From Vicinamibacteria bacterium (GTDB lineage Bacteria > Acidobacteriota > Vicinamibacteria > Fen-336 > JAGNNV01), in the NCBI GenBank assembly GCA_031364765.1, contig JANLWV010000190.1:1-37764 (forward strand): 37,764 nt of DNA, read 5' to 3'. Positions within the stretch are counted from its first letter, which is position 1, and the number at the start of each line of letters is the position of its first letter. Both the position numbers and the translations under genes were made by a program. The notes beneath the pieces were generated by a model that did no database searches, had not been told where the DNA came from, and was given only the letters and a program-made list of their open reading frames with translations. Below, in pieces: positions 8,601-16,855 of the stretch.

Positions 8601-9200
8601 ATGAGCGAAGTCACGGCGTCGGCGTTCCTGGCCATGGTCGCGGGACGGCGCGGCCATTTCCAACTTGAATCCGGCCACCACGGCCGGCTCTGGCTCGATC
8701 TCGATGCTCTCTTCGCGGAGGCGAAGCGGATCGAGCCTTTCGTTGCCGCCCTGACCTCCGCAGTTCGCCCTTACGAAGTCACCGCGGTTTGCGGGCCTCT
8801 CCTCGGAGGCGCGTTCCTGGCTCAATGGGTGGCGCGGGAACTCAGCGTAACGTTCTGTTTCACCGAACGAGTGATGGGAGCGAAGACGAGTGGCTTGTAT
8901 CAGGCCAGCTATCGGTTGCCCAAGGCGTTCGTGGAACGGATTCGAGGCGCGCGGGTCGCCATCGTGGACGACGTGATGAGCGCCGGCTCGGCGCTCCGAG
9001 GAACCTACGAGGAACTCCAGTTGCACGGGGCCATTGTGGTGGTCGCCGGAACCCTGCTCTCCCTCGGGTCAACCGGAGCGGATTTTTTCGCCGAGGCTGG
9101 CGTTCCGGTCGAGGCTGTAACCCGGGATGAATATGAACTGTGGCCACCCCAAACCTGTCCGCTCTGCGTCGCGGGTCAGCCCCTCGAACCACGGCATTAG
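8601..9200 (+). CDS. type I phosphoribosyltransferase family protein (PyrE/orotate PRTase-like)
   Basis: 199-aa ORF with GGAG just upstream. N-terminal GHFQLESGHHG motif as in PyrE-like proteins. PRPP-binding loop VAIVDDVMSAGSA. Its stop overlaps the convergent yafY-like stop (TTAG at 9197-9200). Confidence 0.8.
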   Translation: MSEVTASAFLAMVAGRRGHFQLESGHHGRLWLDLDALFAEAKRIEPFVAALTSAVRPYEVTAVCGPLLGGAFLAQWVARELSVTFCFTERVMGAKTSGLYQASYRLPKAFVERIRGARVAIVDDVMSAGSALRGTYEELQLHGAIVVVAGTLLSLGSTGADFFAEAGVPVEAVTRDEYELWPPQTCPLCVAGQPLEPRH

Positions 9201-10180
9201 GGCGCCTTGCTTCTCTTCCTCGGCGCGAGTCGGCCGCGTTCAGCCAGGAGGGCCACATCTCCGGCCACCCGATGGCGAAGACGCTCGGGTGAGAGAACCT
9301 CTGCCCTGGGACCAAAACCGAGGGCCACGAAGCAGGCCTGATCCTCATCATCGAACTCCATGTCTCGCGTGACCCACCCGTCTTTCCGGGCGCGACCCGC
9401 GGCTCCGGGCGGCGACGTGCTACGCCACATGGCCAGTCGTTCCGCGGCCCGCGGCTCCACGCGGAAAGTAGCGGGGTAGCGCTTTCGCCCCTCGCGTAAC
9501 TGGTCCGTCGATGACTTCCAGTGAGCGGCGAGATCAAAACCCGGAGGACGGTCGCTCCGCGCGTCCAGGAGAAACGCCTGATCCATCCGGGAAACTCGGA
9601 AGGTGCGGAACCCCTCGTTCGTGTTGGCCACCAGGTACCAGACGCTGCCCTTGGCCACGAGCCCCAGGGGATCGACGGTGCGCTCGGTGCGCTCGCCATC
9701 CGGCTTGCGATAGTGAAAGGCGAGCTTTCGATCGCGCGCGACGGCCTCCTGGACGACCGGGAGGGCAAGGACGGTCTCGGTCAGTCCGCGCCAGCCGGTG
9801 GTGTCGATATGGAGGCGCTGCCGGATCGAGTTGGCCTGCGCGCGCATGGATATGGGGAGTGACGCCACGAGCTTCCCCAGGGCGCGCTCGGCGGCGGCAG
9901 CGAGTCGTGGATCGCCAAGCACCCGGGGTTGCGCCATGAGAAGCGCGCGCAGTTCCGCTTCGTCGAGACCGGGCACATGGGTGCGCCAGTCTTCGTCCAG
10001 CTGCCATCCTCCGCGCGAGCCGCGCAGCGCGTACACCGGAACACCAGCGGCGCTGAGCGCTTCCATGTCCCGATGCACGGTGCGGCCGGAAACCTCGAGA
10101 CGCTTCGCCATCTCGCGCCCGGTGACGCGGCCGCGAGACTGGAGGAGCAAAAGGGCGGAGAGAAGGCGATCGGCTTTCAT
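9197..10180 (-). CDS. YafY-family transcriptional regulator (wHTH + WYL + WCX domains)
   Basis: 327-aa ORF. N-terminal DeoR/HTH_11-type wHTH (RLLSALLLLQSRGRVTGREMAKRLEVSGRTVHRDMEAL). Central WYL domain including the literal WYL (KGSVWYLVAN). C-terminal extension typical of the family. Confidence 0.9.
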   Translation of the reverse strand: MKADRLLSALLLLQSRGRVTGREMAKRLEVSGRTVHRDMEALSAAGVPVYALRGSRGGWQLDEDWRTHVPGLDEAELRALLMAQPRVLGDPRLAAAAERALGKLVASLPISMRAQANSIRQRLHIDTTGWRGLTETVLALPVVQEAVARDRKLAFHYRKPDGERTERTVDPLGLVAKGSVWYLVANTNEGFRTFRVSRMDQAFLLDARSDRPPGFDLAAHWKSSTDQLREGRKRYPATFRVEPRAAERLAMWRSTSPPGAAGRARKDGWVTRDMEFDDEDQACFVALGFGPRAEVLSPERLRHRVAGDVALLAERGRLAPRKRSKAP

Positions 10181-10206
10181 GCTTTCCTGATTCCAGAGTC
10201 TGTGGC

Positions 10207-10235
10207 CTCAATTATGACGCGGACTGTCATATATG
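10207..10235. promoter_or_regulatory. 29-bp imperfect palindrome CTCAATTATGACG-cggac-TGTCATATATG (copy B), candidate autoregulatory operator of the WYL regulator
   Basis: The arms are identical to copy A at 1854-1882 and the spacer differs. It starts 27 bp upstream of the yafY-like ATG (10180, minus strand). On the minus strand it contains a CATAAT -10-like hexamer. It also abuts the 5' truncation point of the TonB-receptor remnant. Confidence 0.55.
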
Positions 10236-10481
10236 CGCATGATTGGCGCCCCCCTCCGCGCGGCCACGTTCACCTTCGATCCCGAGCTGCCGGCCTACAG
10301 CATCGTCAACGCCCGCGTCGGGGTCATCCGCGACAAATGGGACCTGGCTCTTTACGCCAGCAACCTGACCGACGAACGGGCGCTGCTGGCCCTCGACCAG
10401 GAACGCGGAACCCGGGCCCGCGTGGGCTACCTCGCCAACCCGCCCCGGTCGTTCGGCATCACCGCTCGCCTCAAGTTCTAA
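10233..10481 (+). pseudogene. 3'-terminal remnant of a TonB-dependent receptor gene
   Basis: 82-codon ORF whose product looks like only the last beta-strands of a TBDR barrel (YSIVNARVGV..DLALYASNLTDE..GYLANPPRSFGITARLKF, with a terminal aromatic residue). The frame is closed by TGA at 10215. There is no plug domain, signal peptide or upstream barrel, and the upstream DNA is the yafY-like promoter. Confidence 0.6.
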
Positions 10482-10487
10482 GTCTTT

Positions 10488-10532
10488 CCGCGGCGATGAC
10501 CGCGGGGGTTGTGACGGTCGAGGAACCGTCAC
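10488..10532 (+). terminator. two tandem GC-rich hairpins downstream of the TBDR remnant (possible terminator, no U-tract)
   Basis: CCGCGG-cgatga-CCGCGG (10488-10505) and GTGACGG-tcgaggaa-CCGTCAC (10511-10532), read directly. Neither is followed by a T-run, so the terminator function is weakly supported. Confidence 0.25.
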
Positions 10533-10590
10533 GAAGCATCGAGTGCGTCCCGCGACGGGTGACTAGCGTGTTCCCCGAAAGGAGGAACAC

Positions 10591-11175
10591 ATGAACCCGA
10601 TTAACGATGCTTCAATGTGCTCCCGTAAACAAAACACCACCCTCGCGCATCTCGCGCTTGCCCTTCTCTGCTCGCCCTTCTGGGCGTGCAGTGGAGGTTC
10701 GTCGTCGTCTCCATCGTCACCGACACCGGTGGCCGTCGCCCCCACTCCGCAACCCTGCGCCCAGTCCGTGTTGTTCCAGGGCTCGGGAGAGATGCCGGCC
10801 GGCACATTGATGACCTTGCCGCAAACCGTCGCGACATCGGGTCGACTGGACGTCACCGCCGACTGGACATTCACCTCGAACCTGGTCGGCCTCTACGTCG
10901 TTCAAGGGGCGTGCAGCCTCGAGCAATTCAACGCGCGATCCTGCACGTTCATCTTCCGCGGGGAACCTGGAGCCAAGCCGCTGAAAGGCTCTGGAAACGT
11001 GACGGCCGGCGTGGTCTACGGAGTCTTGCTGGCCAACTTCGGCAACCGGGATGACTCGGGAGCGCTGCAGGTCGTTCTCAGCACCGGCTCGTGTCCGGCG
11101 GCGGCCGTACCGTCCGCGTCGTCCGCGTCCGAGGTCGTCCTTTCGGTCGATCGGGCCGGGAGTTTCGGTCGTTAG
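10591..11175 (+). CDS. hypothetical lipoprotein
   Basis: 194-aa ORF preceded by a strong SD (AAAGGAGG, 6 nt before the ATG). Signal peptide with lipobox (LLCSPFWAC) followed by an S/P-rich tether. I recognise no family. Confidence 0.7.
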   Translation: MNPINDASMCSRKQNTTLAHLALALLCSPFWACSGGSSSSPSSPTPVAVAPTPQPCAQSVLFQGSGEMPAGTLMTLPQTVATSGRLDVTADWTFTSNLVGLYVVQGACSLEQFNARSCTFIFRGEPGAKPLKGSGNVTAGVVYGVLLANFGNRDDSGALQVVLSTGSCPAAAVPSASSASEVVLSVDRAGSFGR

Positions 11176-11178
11176 TTC

Positions 11179-11232
11179 AGGTGGGGGGCCGCAGATCCCT
11201 CTTCGTTCCGGAGGGCTCAGCCCCCACCCCCG
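11179..11232. repeat. REP-like extragenic palindromic element, copy 1
   Basis: AGGTGGGGGGCCGC ... CTCAGCCCCCACCCCCG. The G-run and C-run arms are complementary, and there is an inner hairpin CCCTC-ttcgttccg-GAGGG. The same arms recur at 19099-19151. It lies between the convergent stops at 11175 and 11240. Confidence 0.6.
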
Positions 11233-11239
11233 AAGCACC

Positions 11240-13831
11240 CTACTCCATGCGCATCACCGTGGTCGGATCCACCCGAACGGCGCGGAGCGCCGGCAACAGG
11301 CTGCCGAGGAGGGTCATGACGGCGGCGAGGCCTCCCGCGACGGCGTATGTGGGCAGGTCCGCTGCACTCAGGCCGGCGAGAAGATTCTGCATCCCGCGAC
11401 CGGCGGCGTAGGCGAACCCGAGGCCGAGCCCGAGTCCGATCGTGGCCATGCGCAACGTGTCGCGCAGAATCAACGAGAGGATGTCTTTGGAGCCCGCGCC
11501 GAGGGCCATCCGCACCCCGATTTCCTGGGTGCGACTCGTGACCGCGTACGAGAGCACGCCATGGAGGCCGACCGCGGCGAGCAGGAAGGCCACGGCCGCG
11601 AACGCGGCGAGGACGCGCACCTGGACCCGGCGCGGCGCGGTCTCGCCCAGGACGATGTCGTCGAGGAGACGCACGTCGGAGATCGGCTGTTGAGGATCCG
11701 CCTTTTGGATGATCGCGCGCAAGGACGGCATCAGGTCGAGCGGCTGGCCGGCCGCCCGAATGACCAGGTCCTTCGGCGTGTATCCGATGATGGAGTTGTC
11801 CGCCACCTGCTGGTAGGACAGGTACACCTGGGGCTCGCTGTTTCGTTCAAGCCCGCGCACCCTCACATGCCCAACGACGCCCACCACGGTGCGCTCCGCC
11901 GCCGGTCCGAACCGAAAACGCCGCCCGATCGGATCCTGCCCCGGCCAGTGACGCTTCGCGAGGGATTCGCTGACCACGGCCACGAATGGAGCCTCGCGTG
12001 TGTCCGACTCGCTGATATCGCGGCCAGAAACGAGGGGGATGCCAAGGGTCGCGAAAAAGCCCGGCGTGACGAAACGCGACGCGGCGGGCGGCAGAGCGCC
12101 CGGATCCTGCTCCTCACCCGGAACGGCAACTCCCCAAATCTGCCCCCGCGTGACCATCGGCAGGCCAGTCACGTATGCGGCAGATGAAACACCGGGAAGC
12201 GCGCGCACGTCGGAAAGGACGCGGTTGTAGAACTGCACGCGATTCGCGGTCGGCCCGTATCGGGGCAGGGGCAGGGCGGTGCGCAGGGTGAGGACGCCGG
12301 CGGTTCGAAATCCGGGATCGACGGTCTGAACACGCCAGAGCGCGCGCAAAAGCAGGCCGCAACAGACGAGCAGCACGACGGACGCTGTCACCTCCGCGAC
12401 CACCAACCCCGAACGCGCCCCCTCGCGACGGCCGCCGACCCCCGCGCGCGAGCCCTCCTGCAGGCCGTTCACGAAGGCGGCGCCGCAGGCCCGGACGGCC
12501 GGCAGCACGCCGAAGGCAATGCCGGTCGCGGCGGTGAGGACCAGCGCGAAAACCAGCAGGCGGAGATCCATGGGCGGTGTCTCCGCGATGGGCAGCGCGT
12601 TCGGTACGAGTCGGGCCAGCAGCGGAACCGCCGAGGCAGCGATGAGCACGCCCAACCCTCCTCCCGCGGCGGCGAGGAGGAGGCTCTCGGTAAGGAGTTG
12701 CCGGACGAGGCGCTCACGGCCGGCGCCGAGGGCCGCTCGAACTGCGAGCTCTTTCCGACGGACCATGGCGCGCGCGAGGAGAAGGTTCGTCAGGTTGGTG
12801 CACGCGATCAAGAGCACGCAGGCCGCGGCTCCGAGAAGAGCGAGGGGAAGCAGTCGCGCCTCGGCCGAAAGCCCGTCGCGGAGACGGTCGACGGTGGCGC
12901 CGGTGTTTGCATTCTCGTTCGGGAACGCTCGCTCCAGCTGGGCGGTCACGACGCTCATCTCCGAACGGGCCGCCGCGGCGGAGACGCTCTTCTTGAGTCG
13001 CGCGATGCCGTAGACGTAATTGTTGTCGCGTTCCTCGAAGTCTTCATCCTTGAATCGTTTTGAAATCCAGATCTGGGTGTCGCGGTTCGGGAAACGGAAC
13101 GTCGGAGGCATCACCCCCACGACAGTGTGCGGCGCTCCATCGAGAAACACCTTGCGTCCGAGCACCCTCTCATCGCCGCCAAAGCGGCCCTGCCAGAGTC
13201 CGTAGCTGAGCACCACGGTGTCCGGTGCTCCTGGTCCATCGTCCTGGGATGCGAACGCGCGGCCAAGGACGGGACCCACACCCAGAAGGTTCAACACCTC
13301 AGAGGTCACCCACACCCCCTCCAGACGCTGCGGCTCGCCGTCGCCGCCGAGGTTCACGGCCTGCGAGCCGAAGGCGCCCATGTCCTCGAACGACCGGCTC
13401 ATACGCTTCCAGTCGCGATAGTTTGCCGGCGAAAGCTCGGTGTGGCCGTAGCCGTTCTGGTTCTGCCAGAGTCTCACCAGCCGGTCCGGCTGCGAGAACG
13501 GGAGCGACCGGAAGAGCACGTGGTCGGTCACCGAGAACGCCGCGGTGGTGGCGCCGACGCCGAGTGCGGCCACCAGGATCGCGGTGATCGTGAAACCGGG
13601 AGCCCGACCGAGTGAACGGGCGGTGAAACGCAGGTCCTGGCGAAGGATGTCCCAGTGAACCATGACCGCGTTCGGAATCACGTCGAACAGCGTCGCGACC
13701 CAGAGGCTCAGCCGTTGGGCGTTTCCCTCAGCTTCTTGAAGGCGCCGGGCAAAGATGCGGCGCATTTCTTCGGCGTATTCAAGCCGGAATGATTTCGGAA
13801 AGAGGCGGAGCAGGGCGTCGTAGAGTTTCAT
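11240..13831 (-). CDS. ADOP-family (acidobacterial duplicated orphan permease) MacB/FtsX-type ABC permease
   Basis: 863-aa ORF with the characteristic N-terminus (LLRLFPKSFRLEYAEEMRRIF), two MacB periplasmic domains and two FtsX 4-TM modules. It overlaps the upstream PadR gene by 4 bp. Confidence 0.92.
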   Translation of the reverse strand: MKLYDALLRLFPKSFRLEYAEEMRRIFARRLQEAEGNAQRLSLWVATLFDVIPNAVMVHWDILRQDLRFTARSLGRAPGFTITAILVAALGVGATTAAFSVTDHVLFRSLPFSQPDRLVRLWQNQNGYGHTELSPANYRDWKRMSRSFEDMGAFGSQAVNLGGDGEPQRLEGVWVTSEVLNLLGVGPVLGRAFASQDDGPGAPDTVVLSYGLWQGRFGGDERVLGRKVFLDGAPHTVVGVMPPTFRFPNRDTQIWISKRFKDEDFEERDNNYVYGIARLKKSVSAAAARSEMSVVTAQLERAFPNENANTGATVDRLRDGLSAEARLLPLALLGAAACVLLIACTNLTNLLLARAMVRRKELAVRAALGAGRERLVRQLLTESLLLAAAGGGLGVLIAASAVPLLARLVPNALPIAETPPMDLRLLVFALVLTAATGIAFGVLPAVRACGAAFVNGLQEGSRAGVGGRREGARSGLVVAEVTASVVLLVCCGLLLRALWRVQTVDPGFRTAGVLTLRTALPLPRYGPTANRVQFYNRVLSDVRALPGVSSAAYVTGLPMVTRGQIWGVAVPGEEQDPGALPPAASRFVTPGFFATLGIPLVSGRDISESDTREAPFVAVVSESLAKRHWPGQDPIGRRFRFGPAAERTVVGVVGHVRVRGLERNSEPQVYLSYQQVADNSIIGYTPKDLVIRAAGQPLDLMPSLRAIIQKADPQQPISDVRLLDDIVLGETAPRRVQVRVLAAFAAVAFLLAAVGLHGVLSYAVTSRTQEIGVRMALGAGSKDILSLILRDTLRMATIGLGLGLGFAYAAGRGMQNLLAGLSAADLPTYAVAGGLAAVMTLLGSLLPALRAVRVDPTTVMRME

Positions 13832-14193
13832 GACGCGTTTTCCGGAGCGAGACCGGCGGCGCGGGCAAATTTCACCAGTTCAGTGAGACGGCGGGCTTCG
13901 GCGCGAACGGCTGCGCTGCCGAGCCCGGTGATACGGTAGTACCGTCGCCGCTCATCGTCGAGTTCCGGAGCGGGGCGCTCGCGCATTTCTTCGATCAGGC
14001 CGTCCTCGAGCATCCGTTGGATCGATCGATACAGCGTGCCCGCGCTCAAGCGGAGCGCTCCGCCGGTTCGAGTCTCAACGTCCTGGATGATCGCGTAGCC
14101 GTGCCGCCCTTCTTCCGCCACCGCCACCAATATGTGGAAGGAAGCGAGGGGTAGCGGAAGAAATGGCGTCGGGTCCGGAGGTTGCGCCGTCAT
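13828..14193 (-). CDS. PadR family transcriptional regulator
   Basis: 121-aa ORF with a PadR wHTH (HILVAVAEEGRHGYAIIQDVETRTGGALRLSAGTLYRSIQRMLEDGLIEE) and a C-terminal coiled-coil. ATGA overlap with the ADOP permease gene. Confidence 0.92.
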   Translation of the reverse strand: MTAQPPDPTPFLPLPLASFHILVAVAEEGRHGYAIIQDVETRTGGALRLSAGTLYRSIQRMLEDGLIEEMRERPAPELDDERRRYYRITGLGSAAVRAEARRLTELVKFARAAGLAPENAS

Positions 14194-14377
14194 CGGCCTA
14201 CTATATCCATGTTGGGTATAACGGAGAAGGCTATATTTTGTTCGAAGGAAATATTTTTCACGTCTAAGTCAATATTTTTAAATAGCTTGAACAGCTTGAA
14301 TGAAGAATTCCACTTGACTCGATAGAACATTGTATTGATACTTAACGTCGTTCATAATTGCAACGGAGTTATTTCGA
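14194..14377. promoter_or_regulatory. AT-rich divergent promoter/operator region between the PadR-ADOP and TetR-ABC operons
   Basis: I counted 38 G+C in the 120 nt at 14221-14340 (~32%), against strongly GC-rich flanks. TTGACT (14314-14319)-17 nt-GATACT (14337-14342) is a candidate promoter for the TetR operon. AGTCAA (14267-14272) gives TTGACT on the minus strand. Direct repeats: ATATTTTT x2 (21-nt spacing) and AGCTTGAA x2 (9-nt spacing). Small palindrome GTAT-tg-ATAC (14332-14341). Confidence 0.5.
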
Positions 14378-15004
14378 ATGGGAATCGCGGAACGAAAAGA
14401 GAGGGAAAAAGAGGATGTGAGGCGTCAGATCCTCGATGCCGCGCACGACCTCTTCGAAACCCAGGGTTACGAGAACGTCACGATGCGCGCCGTCGCCGAT
14501 GCCATCGAGTACTCCCCGGCCACGATCTATCTTCATTTCGCTAGCAAGGACGCGCTGGTCGAAGCCCTCTGCTTCGAGGACTTCGGCCGGTTGTCGGCGG
14601 CCATGAACCGGGCGCCCCTGCCCAGAAATCCGGTCGATCGAATTCGCGCGCTCGGCCGGGCCTACGCCGCCTTCGGGCTGGCGAATCCGAATCACTACCG
14701 GTTCATGTTCATGACCGCGGGCGATTGGAAGAAGCACGCCAATGAAGTCGACTCACCTCCCGCGCGTTCGTACGCGGTGTTGAGGCAGGCGGTTGTGGAG
14801 GCGATCGACCAGGGCTTCTTCGCGAAGAACGATGTGGACCTCGTCTCGCAGATCCTCTGGTCGGCCATCCACGGCGTCGTCTCCCTGGTGATCACGTTCA
14901 AGCCCGAGCAATTCCCGCGCGCACCCCCGCGCCCCGGCCTCGTCGAAGCCTCGATCGAGGCGACACTTCAGGGCCTGCTGGTCGGCCGAGAGGACAAGGC
15001 GTAG
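14378..15004 (+). CDS. TetR/AcrR family transcriptional regulator
   Basis: 208-aa ORF with GGAG 9 nt upstream and the TetR_N HTH (RRQILDAAHDLFETQGYENVTMRAVADAIEYSPATIYLHFASKDALV). Confidence 0.93.
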   Translation: MGIAERKEREKEDVRRQILDAAHDLFETQGYENVTMRAVADAIEYSPATIYLHFASKDALVEALCFEDFGRLSAAMNRAPLPRNPVDRIRALGRAYAAFGLANPNHYRFMFMTAGDWKKHANEVDSPPARSYAVLRQAVVEAIDQGFFAKNDVDLVSQILWSAIHGVVSLVITFKPEQFPRAPPRPGLVEASIEATLQGLLVGREDKA

Positions 15005-15006
15005 TC

Positions 15007-16131
15007 ATGGTTTCGCTCGCTCGAAAGAATCTCCTGCACGACCGGATTCGATTCGCGATCACGCTCGCCGGCGTTGGCTTCGCGGTGACGCTGGTCCTCG
15101 TTCAAGTCGGTCTCTTCCTTGGCCTCCTCGACAAGGCGACGGTGTCCATCCGGCGTTCGAACGCGGATATCTGGATCGTGGGCAAGAACACGCCGAATAT
15201 CGACTTCGGCAAGCCCTTTCCGGAAACCACCGTCCTCCGCGCCCGCGGCATCCCCGGCGTGGAGCGAGCCGACAACGTGAGTGTTCAATTCATCAATACC
15301 CAGCTTCCGACCGGCGCCACCGAGAACTCGGAGGTCTTCGCGCTAAACGATCCCGGCTTCTGGGGTCTGCCCTGGAAGCTCGAATCCGGGCGTGCGGACG
15401 ACCTCTCGCGCGGGTACAACCTTGTGATGGATCGCTCCGCAACTCGACGGTTTGGAGCCTTCGCGGTCGGCGAATATCGGGAACTCGGAGGCCGCCGGTT
15501 CCGAATCGTCGGTCGAAGCGCCGAAGCGGAGTCGTTCACCACGACGCCCGTCGTCTTCATGGACTTCGCCAACGCTCAAAGCCTCCTCGAACAGCTTCGC
15601 GGGCAGACGACGTACGTGCTGGTCAAAGTGGCGCGGGGGTTCGATCCCGCCGAGGTTGCGGCGCGTCTTCGGCCGATGCTCCCGTACAACGATGTCCACA
15701 CCCGCGATGCCTGGGCGGCGCAATCGCGCGGTTACTGGATCAAGTCGACCGGCCTCGGAATGAGCATGGGGGTCACGGTGTTCCTCGGGATCCTCGTCGG
15801 CGTGGTCATCGTCGCCCAGACGCTCTACACCTCGGCGGTGGAGAACATCCGGCAATTCGGCACCGTCAAGGCCATCGGCGGATCGAACTGGGACATCTAC
15901 AAGATTCTCGGCGAGCAGGCGCTGATCGCCGCGGTCTTTGGTTTCCTCCTCGGCGCCGGAGCTTCGTACGCGGTGCGCCCAGCCATGGCCAGCCTTCATC
16001 TGACCGTTCACCTGACCCCGCAGTTTTCCGGAATCGTCTTCGTCGGCACCGTGGCCATGTGCCTGGCCGCCGCTCTTTTCTCCTTCCGTCGCGTGGCTCT
16101 GATCGACCCCGCGCTCGTCTTCCGAGGGTAA
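15007..16131 (+). CDS. ABC transporter permease (FtsX/MacB/DevC-like)
   Basis: 374-aa ORF with an N-terminal TM (RFAITLAGVGFAVTLVLVQVGLF), a periplasmic MacB_PCD-like domain and a C-terminal FtsX 3-TM bundle. It starts 3 nt after the TetR stop. Confidence 0.88.
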   Translation: MVSLARKNLLHDRIRFAITLAGVGFAVTLVLVQVGLFLGLLDKATVSIRRSNADIWIVGKNTPNIDFGKPFPETTVLRARGIPGVERADNVSVQFINTQLPTGATENSEVFALNDPGFWGLPWKLESGRADDLSRGYNLVMDRSATRRFGAFAVGEYRELGGRRFRIVGRSAEAESFTTTPVVFMDFANAQSLLEQLRGQTTYVLVKVARGFDPAEVAARLRPMLPYNDVHTRDAWAAQSRGYWIKSTGLGMSMGVTVFLGILVGVVIVAQTLYTSAVENIRQFGTVKAIGGSNWDIYKILGEQALIAAVFGFLLGAGASYAVRPAMASLHLTVHLTPQFSGIVFVGTVAMCLAAALFSFRRVALIDPALVFRG

Positions 16132-16136
16132 GGCCC

Positions 16137-16823
16137 TTGAAAAAAGTCCTGGAAGCCCGCGCCATTCGAAAGACTTTCGAGGAAGGCTCGCAGCGCGTGG
16201 AGGTTCTGCGCGGCGTGAGCCTCGACATAAGAGCCGGCGAGATCGTCGCGCTGGAAGGCCCGTCGGGTTCGGGCAAGACCACCCTGCTCTCGATCATGGG
16301 CTGCATCCTCACCCCCAGCGCGGGTGAGATCCACATCGGGGGTCAAAGGATCAGCGGGAACGACAACGCCCTGCGCGACGCCCGTCGAAAATCGATCGGC
16401 TTTGTCTTCCAGCAATTCAACCTCTTCCCCGCCCTCACCGCCCGCGAAAACATCATCTATGCGCTTGGGATCAAGGGAAACAAGGGCGCGCGCGCTTTGG
16501 TCGAGGCGGATCGCGTCCTCGACGCCGTCGGACTGACCGACCGGAAGAGCTTCCTCCCTCGCGATCTGACCGGCGGCCAGAAACAGCGTGTGGCCATCGC
16601 GAGGGCCCTCGCCGGTTCGCCCGATGTGATCCTCGCCGACGAACCGACCGCCAATCTCGACTCCGCGGTGGGCGTGCAGATCCTCGATCTGTTCCGCGAC
16701 CTCGCCAAGAGCGAGAACAAGGGGCTCATCATCGTGACCCACGACCCCAAGGTCCGCCGGATCGCGGACCGGGCGGTGGGCATCGCAGACGGCCTCCTGC
16801 TTCAAGAGGCCCACGCGGCCTGA
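16137..16823 (+). CDS. ABC transporter ATP-binding protein (MacB/LolD-type)
   Basis: TTG 16137 is in frame 6 nt after the permease stop; the ORF is open from 16059, but that part overlaps the permease gene. Walker A GPSGSGKTT, Q-loop, signature LTGGQKQRVAIARAL, Walker B ILADEPT, H-loop THD. Confidence 0.92.
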   Translation: MKKVLEARAIRKTFEEGSQRVEVLRGVSLDIRAGEIVALEGPSGSGKTTLLSIMGCILTPSAGEIHIGGQRISGNDNALRDARRKSIGFVFQQFNLFPALTARENIIYALGIKGNKGARALVEADRVLDAVGLTDRKSFLPRDLTGGQKQRVAIARALAGSPDVILADEPTANLDSAVGVQILDLFRDLAKSENKGLIIVTHDPKVRRIADRAVGIADGLLLQEAHAA

Positions 16824-16855
16824 TCCGATTCTTCAGAAAAAAGGACCAAACCACC

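Noticed and set aside
1854-10235. The 29-bp motifs as Xer/dif-like recombination sites flanking a dif module
   Set aside because: The arm/spacer geometry is superficially similar, but the inner arm sequences (TATGACG/TGTCATA) do not resemble the conserved dif CATAA-N6-TTATG core. No recombinase is present. It is retained only as a minor alternative.
11051-12187. Long alternative or antisense ORFs across clearly assigned genes (for example 11051-12187, 2042-3097, 7582-8463, 8860-9768, 9534-10211, 16008-16814, 22362-23075, 24108-25235, 29033-30172, 35253-36113)
   Set aside because: Each overlaps a gene with strong family motifs in another frame or strand. Their translations are compositionally biased (R/G/P/A) and lack motifs, so I treat them as GC-driven artefacts.
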